A stretch of DNA of 63,991 nt, counting the filler, from Dirinaria sp. TL-2023a (Eukaryota): NCBI GenBank assembly GCA_051941275.1. It is 3 parts of 3 records of this genome, joined end to end, with 100 filler letters (N's around TTAATTAATTAA, not from the genome) between each part and the next. Parts side by side here need not be neighbours in the genome. Positions count along the whole stretch, not along the records: positions 22,104 to 44,088 come from JAVEBF010000242.1; positions 44,189 to 63,991 come from JAVEBF010000312.1; 1 more part is not named here. One strand, 5' to 3'. The position numbers and the translations under genes were made by a program. Positions 42,260 through 53,439 of the stretch are shown in pieces. Under the pieces are notes generated by a model, which saw only the letters and a list, made by a program, of their open reading frames with translations, searched no databases and was not told the origin of the DNA. How positions within the stretch are numbered: the first letter of the stretch is position 1; each line of letters starts with the position of its first letter.

Positions 42260-43489
42260 ATGGCTCAGATACGTGGCACTGCGGGCTACAATCTAGGTGC
42301 TCAAGATCGCTTTGGAGGTCCTGGCCGCGCCGACGCCACCAATGACCCCAGCCCTCTTGATGCGATACGGGAGCAGACGAGCAAGATCGAGGACTGGCTG
42401 GACACGCTGTCGGATCCTGTCAAGCCGTAAGTGGGCTCCGTAGCTGTGGTCGGTTTTAGGGGCGAGGAGATTGAGCTGGGAGGTCATGAGATGGGAAATA
42501 TGGGGGCTGATATTGAGTTGATATAGGTATCTACCAGCAATAGGACGCTTCCTCATCGTCGTTACCTTCCTCGAAGATGCCCTCCGAATAATCACGCAAT
42601 GGAATGATCAACTTTTCTACCTCAACGATCACAGGCATAGTATGCTTGATGGCCCTTCTCACCTCCAACTCTCGGCCATCAGCTGACCTTCTCTACAGTC
42701 CCTTGGGGTCTCACACACCTCTTCCTCCTCATCAACGTCGTGGCAATGGTTTCTTGCTCCACCATGGTCATCACGCGTAAATACAGCGACTACGCTGTAG
42801 GCGGCCTCATCGCAGTCGTCATCACCCAAGCGCTAGGCTACGGCCTGATCTTCGATCTGAACTTCTTCCTCCGCAACCTCTCCGTCATGGGCGGGCTGCT
42901 CATGGTGCTCTCCGACAGCTGGGTCCGCAAGCGGTTCGCTCCCGCCGGACTGCCGCAACTGGACGACAAAGATCGGAAGATGTACTTCCAGCTCGCTGGG
43001 AGGGTACTGCTGATCTTCCTCTTCATCGGATTTGTCTTCGCCGGAGAGTGGGGCTTTGGAAGGGTGTTGGTCAGCTTACTTGGCTTCGTCGCCTGTGTCA
43101 TGGTCGTGGTGGGGTTCAAAGCGAAATGGAGTGCGGTGATGCTGGTCGTGATCTTGAGCATTTTCAATGTGTTCGTGAATAATTTCTGGACGGTAAGCTC
43201 TCCTCTTCCCTTCTTCCTCGAGCTATATATTCTGGCCACTTCGACCACTGTACGGACCAGACATTGACAGACAGCTAGCTACACGAACATCATCCGCACA
43301 AGGACTTTGCCAAATACGACTTCTTTCAGATCTTATCGATCGTGTACGTCTCCCTCAGCCCCAATTCCCGTTGCGTAAAATAAAAAGCTAATGCCTTAAC
43401 TAACCGCATCGAATAGCGGCGGACTGCTCCTCTTGGTGAACATGGGCCCCGGCCAATTCAGCGTCGACGAGAAGAAAAAAGTCTACTAG
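42260..43489 (+). CDS. ERV29: SURF4-family ER cargo receptor Erv29 (multi-exon)
   Basis: MAQIRGTAGYNLG start; [73 protein letters not shown], ending in a dilysine ER-retrieval motif. Confidence 0.95.
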
Positions 43490-44088
43490 CCTGCGCTCCC
43501 GCTGCAATCACACCCAATCCTGCGCAAGCATCCACCATTCTTCCCCACTTCTTCACCGAATGCCCAAATCCACAAAATCTTTGTTTCGACGAATATCACC
43601 CATCAGATCACCGTCCCATGTCATATGTCATGATGAAGTCCAGTATAGGGTTCAATTCATGACAAAGATATGGAATGGGTAAGTAAGCGACATGTGTTCT
43701 TGAATGATTGTCTCTCTCAGGAAAAGGAAAAGTAAAGCTCTACAATATGTAGGGAGAGAAAGGGGAAACTTTTTTATTTTCTTCCCCTGCAAAAAATGTT
43801 TTCCAATCACGCGGATTCGGAGAGATGGCATGGACACTATTATTTGTGTGAGATTGTAGAATAGAAAAAAGAACCCTTTTTTTAACAAAAACAAAAACAA
43901 AAATCAAAGTCGATCCAGCATGACTAACAACAGTACTCGAACTCCTAACCTTAAGAAAGTGCTAAGAACGGTAGGGATTTAATTCTTCCAATCATGCTGC
44001 CAAAATCAGAAGGATCAAGTCAGTCACTGTCTTACTATCCTCGCCCCTCTATCCCCCCCTGGTCCCCTCTTCTACATACTAGGAGGAC

Positions 44089-44188
44089 NNNNNNNNNNNN
44101 NNNNNNNNNNNNNNNNNNNNNNNNNNNNNNNNTTAATTAATTAANNNNNNNNNNNNNNNNNNNNNNNNNNNNNNNNNNNNNNNNNNNN
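44089..44188. other. Artificial contig-joining spacer (N44-TTAATTAATTAA-N44)
   Basis: Same 100-bp structure as 22004-22103. Confidence 0.97.
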
Positions 44189-44227
44189 ATCGCTAGGTAG
44201 TTTTCTTTGTTTTTCATTTGTTTTTCC

Positions 44228-44353
44228 TTGGTGAGCTTGGGTGGGTTGGCGAGCTTGGATGGGTCGGTGGGTTTGGATGGGTCGGTGGACTTGGGTGGTT
44301 TGGTGAGCTTGGGTGGGTCGGTGGGTGGGTCGGTGGGTTGGTCGGTGGGTTGG
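44228..44353 (+). repeat. G/T-rich degenerate short tandem repeat (GGGTCGGTGG / GAGCTTGGGT units)
   Basis: Visible 12-18-nt periodic repeats of GG-runs near the contig start. Confidence 0.8.
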
Positions 44354-44564
44354 CTGCATTACTAACCGGACATTGGGGTGGACGAGGCGCTTGCCATGGT
44401 TAGGAGGACGAGCCTTTTGGCATGGGGTAGGTCCGGGCTGGTGGCTCGACGGTTTGGGTAGGGTGGTAAGTCTTTTGTTCCCTTCCTTCAACCCAACTAC
44501 CCCTGGCTAACCTACTTCCAGCTCCTACCCACTATTGACTCGGCATGCATTCAGTTGGTGCTGG

Positions 44565-45036
44565 GCTGCAGCGGCGTACTATAAGAGGGTTCTTCGGAAC
44601 ATTGACGGAGGTACGCCGTCTGTTTGAGGGTTCTGGGGCTGTAGCAGCGGCGTACCATAAGAGGGTTCTTAGGAACATTTACGGAGGTACGTCGTCTGCT
44701 TTAAGTCAGTGGCGCTGTCGCAGCGGTGTACCATAAGAGGGTCCTTGGGACATTGACGGAGGTACACCGTCTGGTTCAGGTCACTGAGGCTGTCTCAGCG
44801 GTGTACCATAAGAGGGTTCTTCGGAACATTGACGGAGGTACACCGTCTGGTTCAGGTCAATGGGGGTGTAGCGGCGGCATACCATAAGAGGGTCCTTGGG
44901 GACATTGACGGAGGTGTGTCGTCTGCTTGAGGTTGCTGGAGCTGTCGCAGTGGTGTACCATAAGAGGGTTCTTGGACATTGACGGAGGTACACCGTCTGC
45001 TTGAGGTTGCTGGGGCTGTGCTGCACGGTGTACCAT
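44565..45036 (+). repeat. Tandem repeat with a 75-76-bp period (6 full units plus 1 partial); each unit is a predicted hairpin
   Basis: ATAAGAGGGT anchor at 44581, 44657, 44733, 44808, 44884 and 44960; consensus GCAGCGGTGTACCATAAGAGGGTTCTTCGGAACATTGACGGAGGTACACCGTCTG. Confidence 0.92.
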
Positions 45037-45355
45037 TATCTGGGATTCTTGTGTGTAAGTTTCCTCATCTCCCACCTTACTGTGCCTCCGCTGGCCGGAT
45101 ATCACTCATGCAGAATAGGGGCAGCAAGGAACGAGCCAGGGTACGCGTCTGGTGTAAATGGCACACACTCAGTGTGACTGCTAGAGATCGCAGAGTACTT
45201 GCCACATGGCGTACCGATATCTGGGATCCTTGTGTGTAAGTCTTGTCCTTCCCTTTCTCCTGATCACGATCACACAACACTGATCACCGAGTAGGGGCAG
45301 CAAGGAAGGAGCCAGGGTACGTCTGTGTACGGCAAACCTGCATCTCAGTGGGATT
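45026..45355 (+). repeat. Degenerate direct duplication of about 180 bp
   Basis: TATCTGGGAT(T/C)CTTGTGTGTAAGT and TAGGGGCAGCAAGGAA(C/G)GAGCCAGGGTACG each occur twice, about 180 bp apart. Confidence 0.75.
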
Positions 45356-45490
45356 GCCTCGTGGTATCTGGGGGTTTGACAATGATGACGGCGAGACTCG
45401 CCATCTCGCCTGGTTCAATGTCTTGACGGCGGTGACGATGAGACTTGCCAACTCATCCGAGCCAATGTCTGGATCCTGACGGAAGTATTT

Positions 45491-45706
45491 GTCCGATTCA
45501 AATGGATCATTTGGGCACGGTCTTAAGTCCACATTCAAACTTCGTCGCTTGGGCCAGCCTCTGTCCGTTTCAAATGGACCATTTGGGCACGGTCCTAAGT
45601 CCGCATTCAAACTTCGTCGCTTGGGCCAGCGTCTGCCCGTTTCAAATCGACCATTGGGCACGGTCTTAAGTCCGCATTCAAACTTCGGCGCTTGGGCCAG
45701 CGTCTG
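45491..45706 (+). repeat. Tandem repeat with a 72-bp period, 3 copies
   Basis: CAAAT(G/C)GA(T/C)CA...GGGCACGGTC(T/C)TAAGTCC(A/G)CATTCAAACTTCG at 45499, 45571 and 45643; the third copy has a 1-nt deletion. Confidence 0.9.
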
Positions 45707-45730
45707 TGGAATCTGAGGGATTTGCGGGTT

Positions 45731-45875
45731 CTGGGGGTTTGCCATCTCCCGTCGCCAGGATGGTCGACTTTTCCTAGCATCCTGGTCCAGGTGATGTGCC
45801 GTGGGCTCTGGGGGCTTTGCCGTCTACCGTCGCCAGGTTGGTCGACTCTTCCTACCCTCCTGGTATAGGTGATGG
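45731..45875 (+). repeat. Tandem repeat of about 77 bp, 2 copies
   Basis: CTGGGGG..TTGCC.TCT.CCGTCGCCAGG.TGGTCGACT.TTCCTA...TCCTGGT..AGGTGATG occurs twice. Confidence 0.8.
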
Positions 45876-47831
45876 CTCGCATCAGTGCTGGTCACACGCT
45901 GATGCTTGTGGTGTCCGGCTTGACTCCACTATGTAGCGAGTCTTGTACTCGTTGCTTCGCAATGGTAGCTAGTCTACTCCATTGCTATCCACTGCCTTTG
46001 CATTGCCTCTTGTGCCCTTTTCATGGCCTTGGAGTTCCTGCAAAACTTTGGCGTAGTGGTAGATCAAAAGCAAGTATAGTCCCGAGTGTCTTACTTGCCG
46101 TGTCTTGCGAATCTCGGGCTGTGCCTGGGTATGAGCAGATGCACATTCTTTTCAAGTTTGGCCCTCGTGGCCTTACTTACAGTCATATCTCTATGAACTT
46201 CTGGGCTATGCCCGGTTGTGAGCAAGATATGCAATTTTTGGAAACTTTTCTGCCTGCTTTATGCGGGATCTTTAATTTTTTTTTTTCTTTTTTTTTTTTT
46301 TTCATCGGGTGCCTTTTGCTGGCTCAAGGGGATCTGGAGAAGGAAAAGAAAAGAAAAGAATGGTTGTGCTTGCGAGTGGAATGCAAGCATCAGGCTCTAT
46401 TATGTGGAAGACTTGCTTACTTTTGGGCACAGGCTCTAATGGGTGGTTGACCAGTTAACCTAAGGTACCGCTACTTCAGGTATGAGTGGATGCCCTGTAC
46501 CCTAAGATAATTCACTTGCCACACTAAACCCCATCCAAGCGGCTCCTCCCGTGCCTGCCCCCTTTACCCAGGCCCATTCAGAGCATATTGTCCCTGGGCA
46601 TGTGCCTTACATCACAACACACAAACAGCAGAAACAACCATCTCCTTCCTCGTCCTCGCCGCACCGCAGGCATTTTGTCTTAACAGGATTGGTTACCGGC
46701 TTCGTGAGCGTCTCGATCGACTGTGTTGGCTTGACTAAAATTATTCGTGTCGCTTCTGATCTGCTCTGCATATTGTAGCGTTGGTAGTAGATCGGTAGGT
46801 GGTAGGTTTTAGTATTTAGTATTTGTGGACTGCTGGAAATTCGTGATTAGTCCTGAATTTTTACTCAAGTCCCGTGCTGTGCTGATGCTAACAGGCAGGA
46901 AGGTCCAACGTACCTTTGGAAGTGTTCGTTTTTGGAAAGACGAAGATAGTGGTGGTGATGGTAGGCTGGTGCTCAAGGGAAAAAGAAACAGCCAGGGTTT
47001 TGAAAATGTTGGCTTTTGAAAGGTGGAAGATGGTGGTAGTGGTCGTGGTAGTAGGTTGGTGCTTAAGGGAAAAAGAAATAGCTAGGGAAAGTGGAATGCT
47101 TTATAGACAAAATATCAAGACTAAAAACGTGAGCCATGTCAAGTGAAACAGTCGTATCAGTATGAAACAGTGACTCGTTCACACCAAAAATCAAGCGAAT
47201 GTCCCAGAACCAGGGCAATTCATGACAACTGCAAACCGTGGGTTCGTGATTTCAAGGCCGGAACTTAGATATTCTGGTCACCGAGCAAAACACATGCAAG
47301 TGAATTGAACATCGTGACACAGAAGTACATCGGTTAGTCAGACACAAGTTAGACTGGAAACTTCGCAATAAAGAAGCGAAATCAGGCGAAGGAAGTACTG
47401 CGACTGGGTTCCTTCATTCCAGTATGTGAGTGATGCCTCGTGACAGAATCACGTAGGGAGTGAAACATTTGGTGTTGTGTGCATTGCCGCATCTGTCTGA
47501 GGACGAGGAGACTTGGCCAATTGAAGAAAAAAGAAGTACGCATAGGGATTCATATTGACATCCTGTATACAGTGAGATAGATAGTATACCTATAAAACAA
47601 GCCATGTCTGCGTTCGAAGAGGAAACAAATGGTGACGAAATTGCGAAGCTTTTCCAGATCAAACGAGAATCAAGCAATCATGCACTTGTGCCAGGAAGCA
47701 AGCTTCACTTTGACTCTTTGATGGATCCAGAACCGCTTCGTAGGCCAAGCTGTCCATTACCGTACAATATGTGTTCCACCTCATCTTATAATATAGTCCC
47801 TTTCATCAGCCCGTCCAGCTTTGGCATCGAT

Positions 47832-48014
47832 TTACATGACAGAGCAGCACGGAATTGGAATGATGCAGCATTCGCAATCGCATCCGCAACAGTCACAACC
47901 GAAGCACTTGGTTTGGCCCGTTTTGATGCTCGTGGGCTTCACGATAGACTCGATTGAAACGGCTGGATTGACGCTGTCAACAGGAGATGCGAGGATATTT
48001 GACTGCCCCTGCAT
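47832..48014 (-). CDS. 60-aa Cys-rich peptide ending in a CaaX prenylation motif (CCSVM)
   Basis: MQGQSNILAS...KCFGCDCCGCDCECCIIPIPCCSVM*; ATG in an ACG-ATG (A at -3) context; TATATAA on the minus strand at 48167-48161, about 150 bp upstream. Confidence 0.65.
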   Translation of the reverse strand: MQGQSNILASPVDSVNPAVSIESIVKPTSIKTGQTKCFGCDCCGCDCECCIIPIPCCSVM

Positions 48015-48592
48015 CGTGGATTGAGAGACAGCTCGGAAGGAATAGGCAAGCTCCAATGGTGTCGGTCGCCCTGCGACTTGTTTTAGCAACTAATCTTCTC
48101 TGCACATTAACTGCTTTCGAGAGGAAGACCTACTTTAGAAGCTGAGAAGAGATCACCCGATTATATAGTTTGGGAGGAATCGTGGGCGAGAGGTGCAGGT
48201 TCGGTCTGTACTCTTACTTAGGAGTCATAAGTTCTTATATATTTTAATGAGCGGTGCAAAAGCTTTCGAAAATCAAGAAGTAGATAAAATTGGGCCATGG
48301 GACGGAAACCTGCTGGAGGTTCGATGTGTCGGGAAAACGGAAAACCGGATTGCTCCTTCGCTATGATTAGCCATAGAGGGAGACACACGTAATACCCAAT
48401 TAGATTTGTGATTTTGTGAAGAAACGTGAAGATCCGCGCAGGGATGCGTTAGCCGTGGGCTAGCGATCCATTAGTCTTGAACATAGCAGTACCTTGATCT
48501 TCAACTTTCCTTGCCTTTAAACAACAAATGGCCGGAATTCAACTCAAATAGATTTGTGTATTGTATACCAGTTTTAAAAAGCCCTGGATGTA

Positions 48593-50275
48593 CTATGTTG
48601 CGTGAGTAGGTATCGAGGCAACAGCTTCAACCGGCGCTGATCCGGAAGGCCGCGCTTGCTCTGTTTGCTCCGTTTGCTCCGGCTGCTCATGAAATTGCGT
48701 AGTCGACTGCCGCTCTTGGTGCGCTTTCCACTGCGTATATATATCCAATGCGGCCTCGTACTCGTCGGGAACCCTATGGGCTTCCATTTCATCCTTGATA
48801 CCGAGTCTCACGAGACGCCACTTCCCCCAAAGGACCTTCAGCAGGCCCCCCACGCCAAGAATGAAAGCTATGAGTTGTCCAAGACTAGTTAGACTGTTTA
48901 GACCATCAATGTGATTCCAAACAATTGTGAGCTCAACCTGAACAATGAGTATGATAATGATCAACAGATTATAGATGGCACTGAGGATCCATAGCCTTGT
49001 TGCCATCTTCAGCGGGATTTGGTGTAATTGCACGTCAGAAGCTATCGCAACAGTTCTCCAATCCGGGGGCTTAGTCTTTTCTGCGAATTGGTACGAGCGA
49101 TGCAAAATGCGCGGCCAGATCAACAGCGGACCCTGAGCAAGCCCTGTAAGATGAACATGTAACCTCCAGCGCAAATGCATAGGGATGATCCCCCACGTAG
49201 ACCATATAAATATAGTATATAGACATTTTGAAAGGGGGACCAACCTCGTGTCTGCCGGGGGGTTGCGGTTCGGAATATAGAATCGCAAGAAGCCTCTCCA
49301 GAGGATAATCACGCGTTTTCGCCCAAGTAGAGCCTTGGGTGGCTGGCACTCTGTGAAGAGAGAATTGAGATATGATTCAGCCTCCAACACTGCAGACATA
49401 ATTTGCTCCTGTTGTGGGCTCATTATCGAAGTCTTTCTTTCTTTTCCTCGTTCCTCAGGGGGGCCATTCGTTGAAGGTAGGTCGCCGTTGGGCTCAGAGG
49501 CACTTGATGATTCCTCAACGCGACTACCTTTAGGCAATGGTGGTTCAGTGAGTGTTGGGCTTTGCTTCGCAGGTTCGGCAGGGACTCCTGCAATGGCTGA
49601 TTGATTGTTGGCGTTGATACCACCAGCAACCGAGCGAGCAGCTTCCACAAAGTCCAGTTGAGACTGCTTTCTTAAGAGTGAATGTAGGATATCCATCGGC
49701 GTGCTCGAACCAAGCACTAAGACTGACCATACAAGGCCCCATAATGAAAGGACTTGCATCACCGTTCTCATCCACCCATACATATTGGCTCGTACAAGAT
49801 AGCACGCATATGTTCCGCCTTTGTGGGTTGCAGCTCCCTGTGTAGCCGGACTTGTTGAATTTCCTACGAAACGTCTGCAAGGAGTAGGCCGCATTTCGTC
49901 AAGACCTTTCCACCAGAAAAAGATTGCAAATATGAAACCCCCATGGAAGATAGCGCTCTGTATAACCATGCGATCCCTTGAGATTCTCATGTACCGGCTT
50001 GTGAATCTGGTTTGCAAGAGACTGACCATCGCTATAACAACAGCGATATACAAGAGCAAGAACGCCTCGACCGCATAGGTTTTCCGTGCATTGTGTACAT
50101 AGATCAAGCCGACGACGGTTAAAGCGAATAAGAAAAGATTGTTCACTGATCGCTGGGCGTTCGCTTCGCGGTAATGAAAGTAATTGGCAAACCAGACAGC
50201 TAAAGCCTGGCTGTAATAACCGATCCGTATGCCAATTCCGTAGATGTCAGGATTCCCTGTAAAGCCGCATGCCAT
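48593..50275 (-). CDS. Multi-pass membrane protein of an uncharacterised fungal family
   Basis: Intronless ORF from MACGFTGNPDIYGIGIRIGYYSQ; about 5 N-terminal and 2 C-terminal TM segments (IIIILIVQVELTIVWN...SLGQLIAFILGVGG). Confidence 0.8.
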   Translation of the reverse strand: MACGFTGNPDIYGIGIRIGYYSQALAVWFANYFHYREANAQRSVNNLFLFALTVVGLIYVHNARKTYAVEAFLLLYIAVVIAMVSLLQTRFTSRYMRISRDRMVIQSAIFHGGFIFAIFFWWKGLDEMRPTPCRRFVGNSTSPATQGAATHKGGTYACYLVRANMYGWMRTVMQVLSLWGLVWSVLVLGSSTPMDILHSLLRKQSQLDFVEAARSVAGGINANNQSAIAGVPAEPAKQSPTLTEPPLPKGSRVEESSSASEPNGDLPSTNGPPEERGKERKTSIMSPQQEQIMSAVLEAESYLNSLFTECQPPKALLGRKRVIILWRGFLRFYIPNRNPPADTRLVPLSKCLYTIFIWSTWGIIPMHLRWRLHVHLTGLAQGPLLIWPRILHRSYQFAEKTKPPDWRTVAIASDVQLHQIPLKMATRLWILSAIYNLLIIIILIVQVELTIVWNHIDGLNSLTSLGQLIAFILGVGGLLKVLWGKWRLVRLGIKDEMEAHRVPDEYEAALDIYTQWKAHQERQSTTQFHEQPEQTEQTEQARPSGSAPVEAVASIPTHAT

Positions 50276-51238
50276 ACGATCTAGATTGCTGACCGCTTCA
50301 ACAAGATTGAGAAATTCGACGCCAAGAGAAAGAAGTGCTTGATGCAGCGAAGCAGAAGTGCTAGCCAAAGTCTAAAGTTGTCCAAGGGAGACCGGCGGTA
50401 GCACCAATAGGCGATTATATAGACAGGCGATAATATGCTCTAAAGAAAGACTGTATGAGGAAGAAGTCGGAATGGTGGCTTAAGGAAGAAAGCAACTTAT
50501 ATGTATCAGCAAAGACTAGGGAGAGGAGACATGAGACAAGTAGGCATGCTTTGAGACACACTTTTCGGGCAATAAGAAATATGGGTTACCAGTTGAGAGA
50601 CCTACCCAATAGGCGAAGGCCTCTCCTGAAATCCATCTAAATAAGTATTGATGGGCCGGTTGGGGGGGTGTGGGACGAAGTTTCGTGGGCTGCAAGTAAG
50701 CGCCGAGCGCTTTAAAAGTGAAAAAGGAGCAACTCGTTACGAGCAACCTTTGAGACGGGAAGTCCGATTTGGTTCCTCGTATTGATCTCTAGACGCAACT
50801 GAAAGAGAACGTTGACGAACAAGCCCCAAATCGTTTCTCATGCGTAGCAGAAAGAAGCGTGAAGAGATTTTGAGCGCATCAGACCGCGACTCCGCAAGCT
50901 GACCGTCCTGGGCGTCAGCTTGTATGACATCACATAGCTCTGGCACAAGCTCCTGGTCGGTTACAACTTATCTGAATAGCTTTCTCGTAGGTCAGAAGAA
51001 GCTTGTAAGATTAGAAGCTGGAGTCTTTCTAGTGCTTTTAGTGTAGCTGGGATTCACGTCGGCCTATGTTCGGCCAAAAAGCTTGAAACCCCATCTAAGC
51101 TTCTGAAGCAAAGTAGGTACCAAGCATAAATCCGCTTCAGCTGGTTTATCTCTCAGATGTCTTGCCCCGAAAGGCTAATCAAGAATATTGGCCATATCAT
51201 CGCCTTTGAATCCTTCGACCTGCTCCTCCGATGGCGCC

Positions 51239-51922
51239 TTAGAATCTTCCAATTTCCCTCTTCAGCGTTTTCCATAACCTCTTGTCTTCCGCCTCAGCTT
51301 CCCATTTCCTCTTTTCGACCATCATCTCCTGATCAACTTGTTTTAATGCTTCCTCACCCAGCGTAATGAGCGCCTCCTTTACCCTCTCGCCCGTCTCTCT
51401 GCACGTTTGGATCTCTTCCCTTCCCCTCCTCACCTGCTCCTCCATCATCTGGATCAGAGTCTCCCTTGCTTGGTGCGGGCGATACTCATTGATCACCCTA
51501 TGCGCTTGTAGAAAGATATCCCGTAACTCATCCCATTTCCGTGCGTAGTCTGCGGGCTTGGTCGCAAGGATATGTGTCAAGGAGAGGAAGTGGAGAAGGA
51601 GAGACCGGGTAAGGGTTTTAAGCCGCTGGGGATCAGGTGTGGTAGAGGTGGGTTCCGAGGCATTGATGGAGTGAAGGGCGTTGAAGGAAGTATACTGGTC
51701 TTTTGGCGGTTGTGGTGGTATCAGGTAGCGGAGCTCAGTTGGTAGGGAGGCGATGTCGAGGGGAGGTGGCGATTTGGCTGGATGATCGGTTTGGGTTGAT
51801 GAACTCGAGGAGGCTCGAATTTTCTCTATACGAGCGAGGTTCTCTGGAGTAAAGGACTTGTAGAACGGCGGTGGTGCTGGGAAGGCGGCGCTTAATGCGC
51901 CGGCTGAGGGCTGCTCCGCCAT
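51239..51922 (-). CDS. MED7: Mediator of RNA polymerase II transcription subunit 7
   Basis: SAAFPAPPPFYKSFT, LRYLIPPQPP and HRVINEYRPHQARETLIQMME signature. Confidence 0.93.
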   Translation of the reverse strand: MAEQPSAGALSAAFPAPPPFYKSFTPENLARIEKIRASSSSSTQTDHPAKSPPPLDIASLPTELRYLIPPQPPKDQYTSFNALHSINASEPTSTTPDPQRLKTLTRSLLLHFLSLTHILATKPADYARKWDELRDIFLQAHRVINEYRPHQARETLIQMMEEQVRRGREEIQTCRETGERVKEALITLGEEALKQVDQEMMVEKRKWEAEAEDKRLWKTLKREIGRF

Positions 51923-52246
51923 CCGCTCGCTATAGCTTGGAGAGACATGCGGTGGATCTTCGAGGGGCAGCAGATCGATGCAAAGGACCGTGAAAGTTGC
52001 TAATAAAGTACCTCAAGTTGCTGTAATTATGAGTCTGGGGTAACGCGCTGTTTGCGCTTTAGCGCCCGTCACCAGGAACTGCCCAACGTGACCTCGGGAT
52101 GTCGTCACTTCCCTTTTGGGAACCAGACACTTCAACATTGAAATGATGTTCAATCCGAACATCGTGCAGCTTCCTTTGCCATGGCTTCCTCTTGAAACAG
52201 CATGATTCTTCGGTGAGCCGTTCTCCTAACGCGACCAAAGTCTGCG

Positions 52247-53439
52247 ATGGCTCGTCCACGCTCCGTAGCGAGTGGTCAGAAGGCCACTAAAAGTCAGGAG
52301 GCCGGCTTCCTGGGCTCAATAGCCAGATTCTTGCAGGTATACATGCAGTTTAGTGAGTGATGTCACACGGTTCACTAAGAGTGCCATAATAGAGATCCTA
52401 CGCGGCGGACTATGCTGGGTTTGCACTTCTACTGACCGGCTACATACTGGTAAGGTTTTACCTCCAGCTATGGTTCTCAAATTTTAACACGGAACCCAGA
52501 CTGAGATGGTGGCCGAGCCCTTCCATCGCATGTTCTCCCTTGACAATATCGCAATACAATTTCCTCATGCGAAGGTCGAGCGAGTTCCAGTCAGTATGAG
52601 TCCAAAATCCCTTTCCTGACTTTTGAAAGCTCATACCAACCAAGTCAGCATGGAATATCGTTTACGCAGGCATCGTACCGCTTTTCATTTTGATTTTCTG
52701 GGCCATAGCCTTCCGGCCTGGACTACACAAAGCCCACGTATCAATCCTTGGCCTCTTCATCAGTCTCATATTAGCCTCATTCCTTACGAATGTCATCAAG
52801 AACGCAGTTGGTAGGCCCAGACCGGATCTCATCGATAGATGCAAACCTAAGAAGGGAACGCCGCAGCACGAATTGGTCACTATTGATGTGTGTACGCAAA
52901 AGAGTCATCATGTGTTGCAGGATGGCTGGAGGTCGTTTCCTAGCGGACATAGTAGCTTCGCTTTCAGCGGACTTGGCTACTTGGCTTTGTACGGTTTGTT
53001 GGCTAATTTGACCATGGAAAGTGCTGACAGCGCCAGATTGCTTGCGGGCCAAATGCACGTCTTCCGGCCCCGCACAGACCTCGCCAGAGTGCTTCTTGCT
53101 CTTGCACCTTTGGTCGGTGCTGCTTTGATCGCCATATCCCGTTGTGAGGATTATCGACATGACGTCTACGATGTAACCGTTGGCTCAATCATCGGAATGC
53201 TTGTGGCCTGCTTTTCGTACAGGCGGTATTACCCCAGTCTCAAGTCATCACACTGCGACACCCCCTACCACAGTCGTGCAGACGCAGCTTCGGAAAGAGG
53301 CTATGGCAAGAGGAGAGACGAGGAAGAGCGTATTCAGAGTGCAGGCGACTTCGAGGCCGAAGACTTGGATGATGACTCAGAGCGCGTGCCATTACAGCAA
53401 GCAACAACAGATAAAGGGAGACTCGGAAGCCATTCGTGA
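52247..53439 (+). CDS. DPP1: PAP2-family lipid phosphate / diacylglycerol pyrophosphate phosphatase (multi-exon)
   Basis: Catalytic motifs KNAVGRPRPD, SFPSGHSS and SRCEDYRHDVYDV; EPFHRMFSLDN upstream. Start codon at 52247 inferred from the exon structure. Confidence 0.88.

Noticed and set aside
44141..44510. ORFs with HRPT / GWVG peptide repeats
   Set aside because: They are translations of the G-rich DNA repeat running into the gap, with no independent coding evidence.
44565..45036. CRISPR-like appearance (conserved repeat plus variable linker)
   Set aside because: The linkers are homologous to each other rather than unique spacers, there are no cas genes, and the context is eukaryotic.
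45284..45882. ORFs with 24-aa repeats (WPKRRSLNADL)
   Set aside because: A by-product of the 72-bp repeat; a 1-nt indel shifts the frame between copies. Coding status is unsupported.
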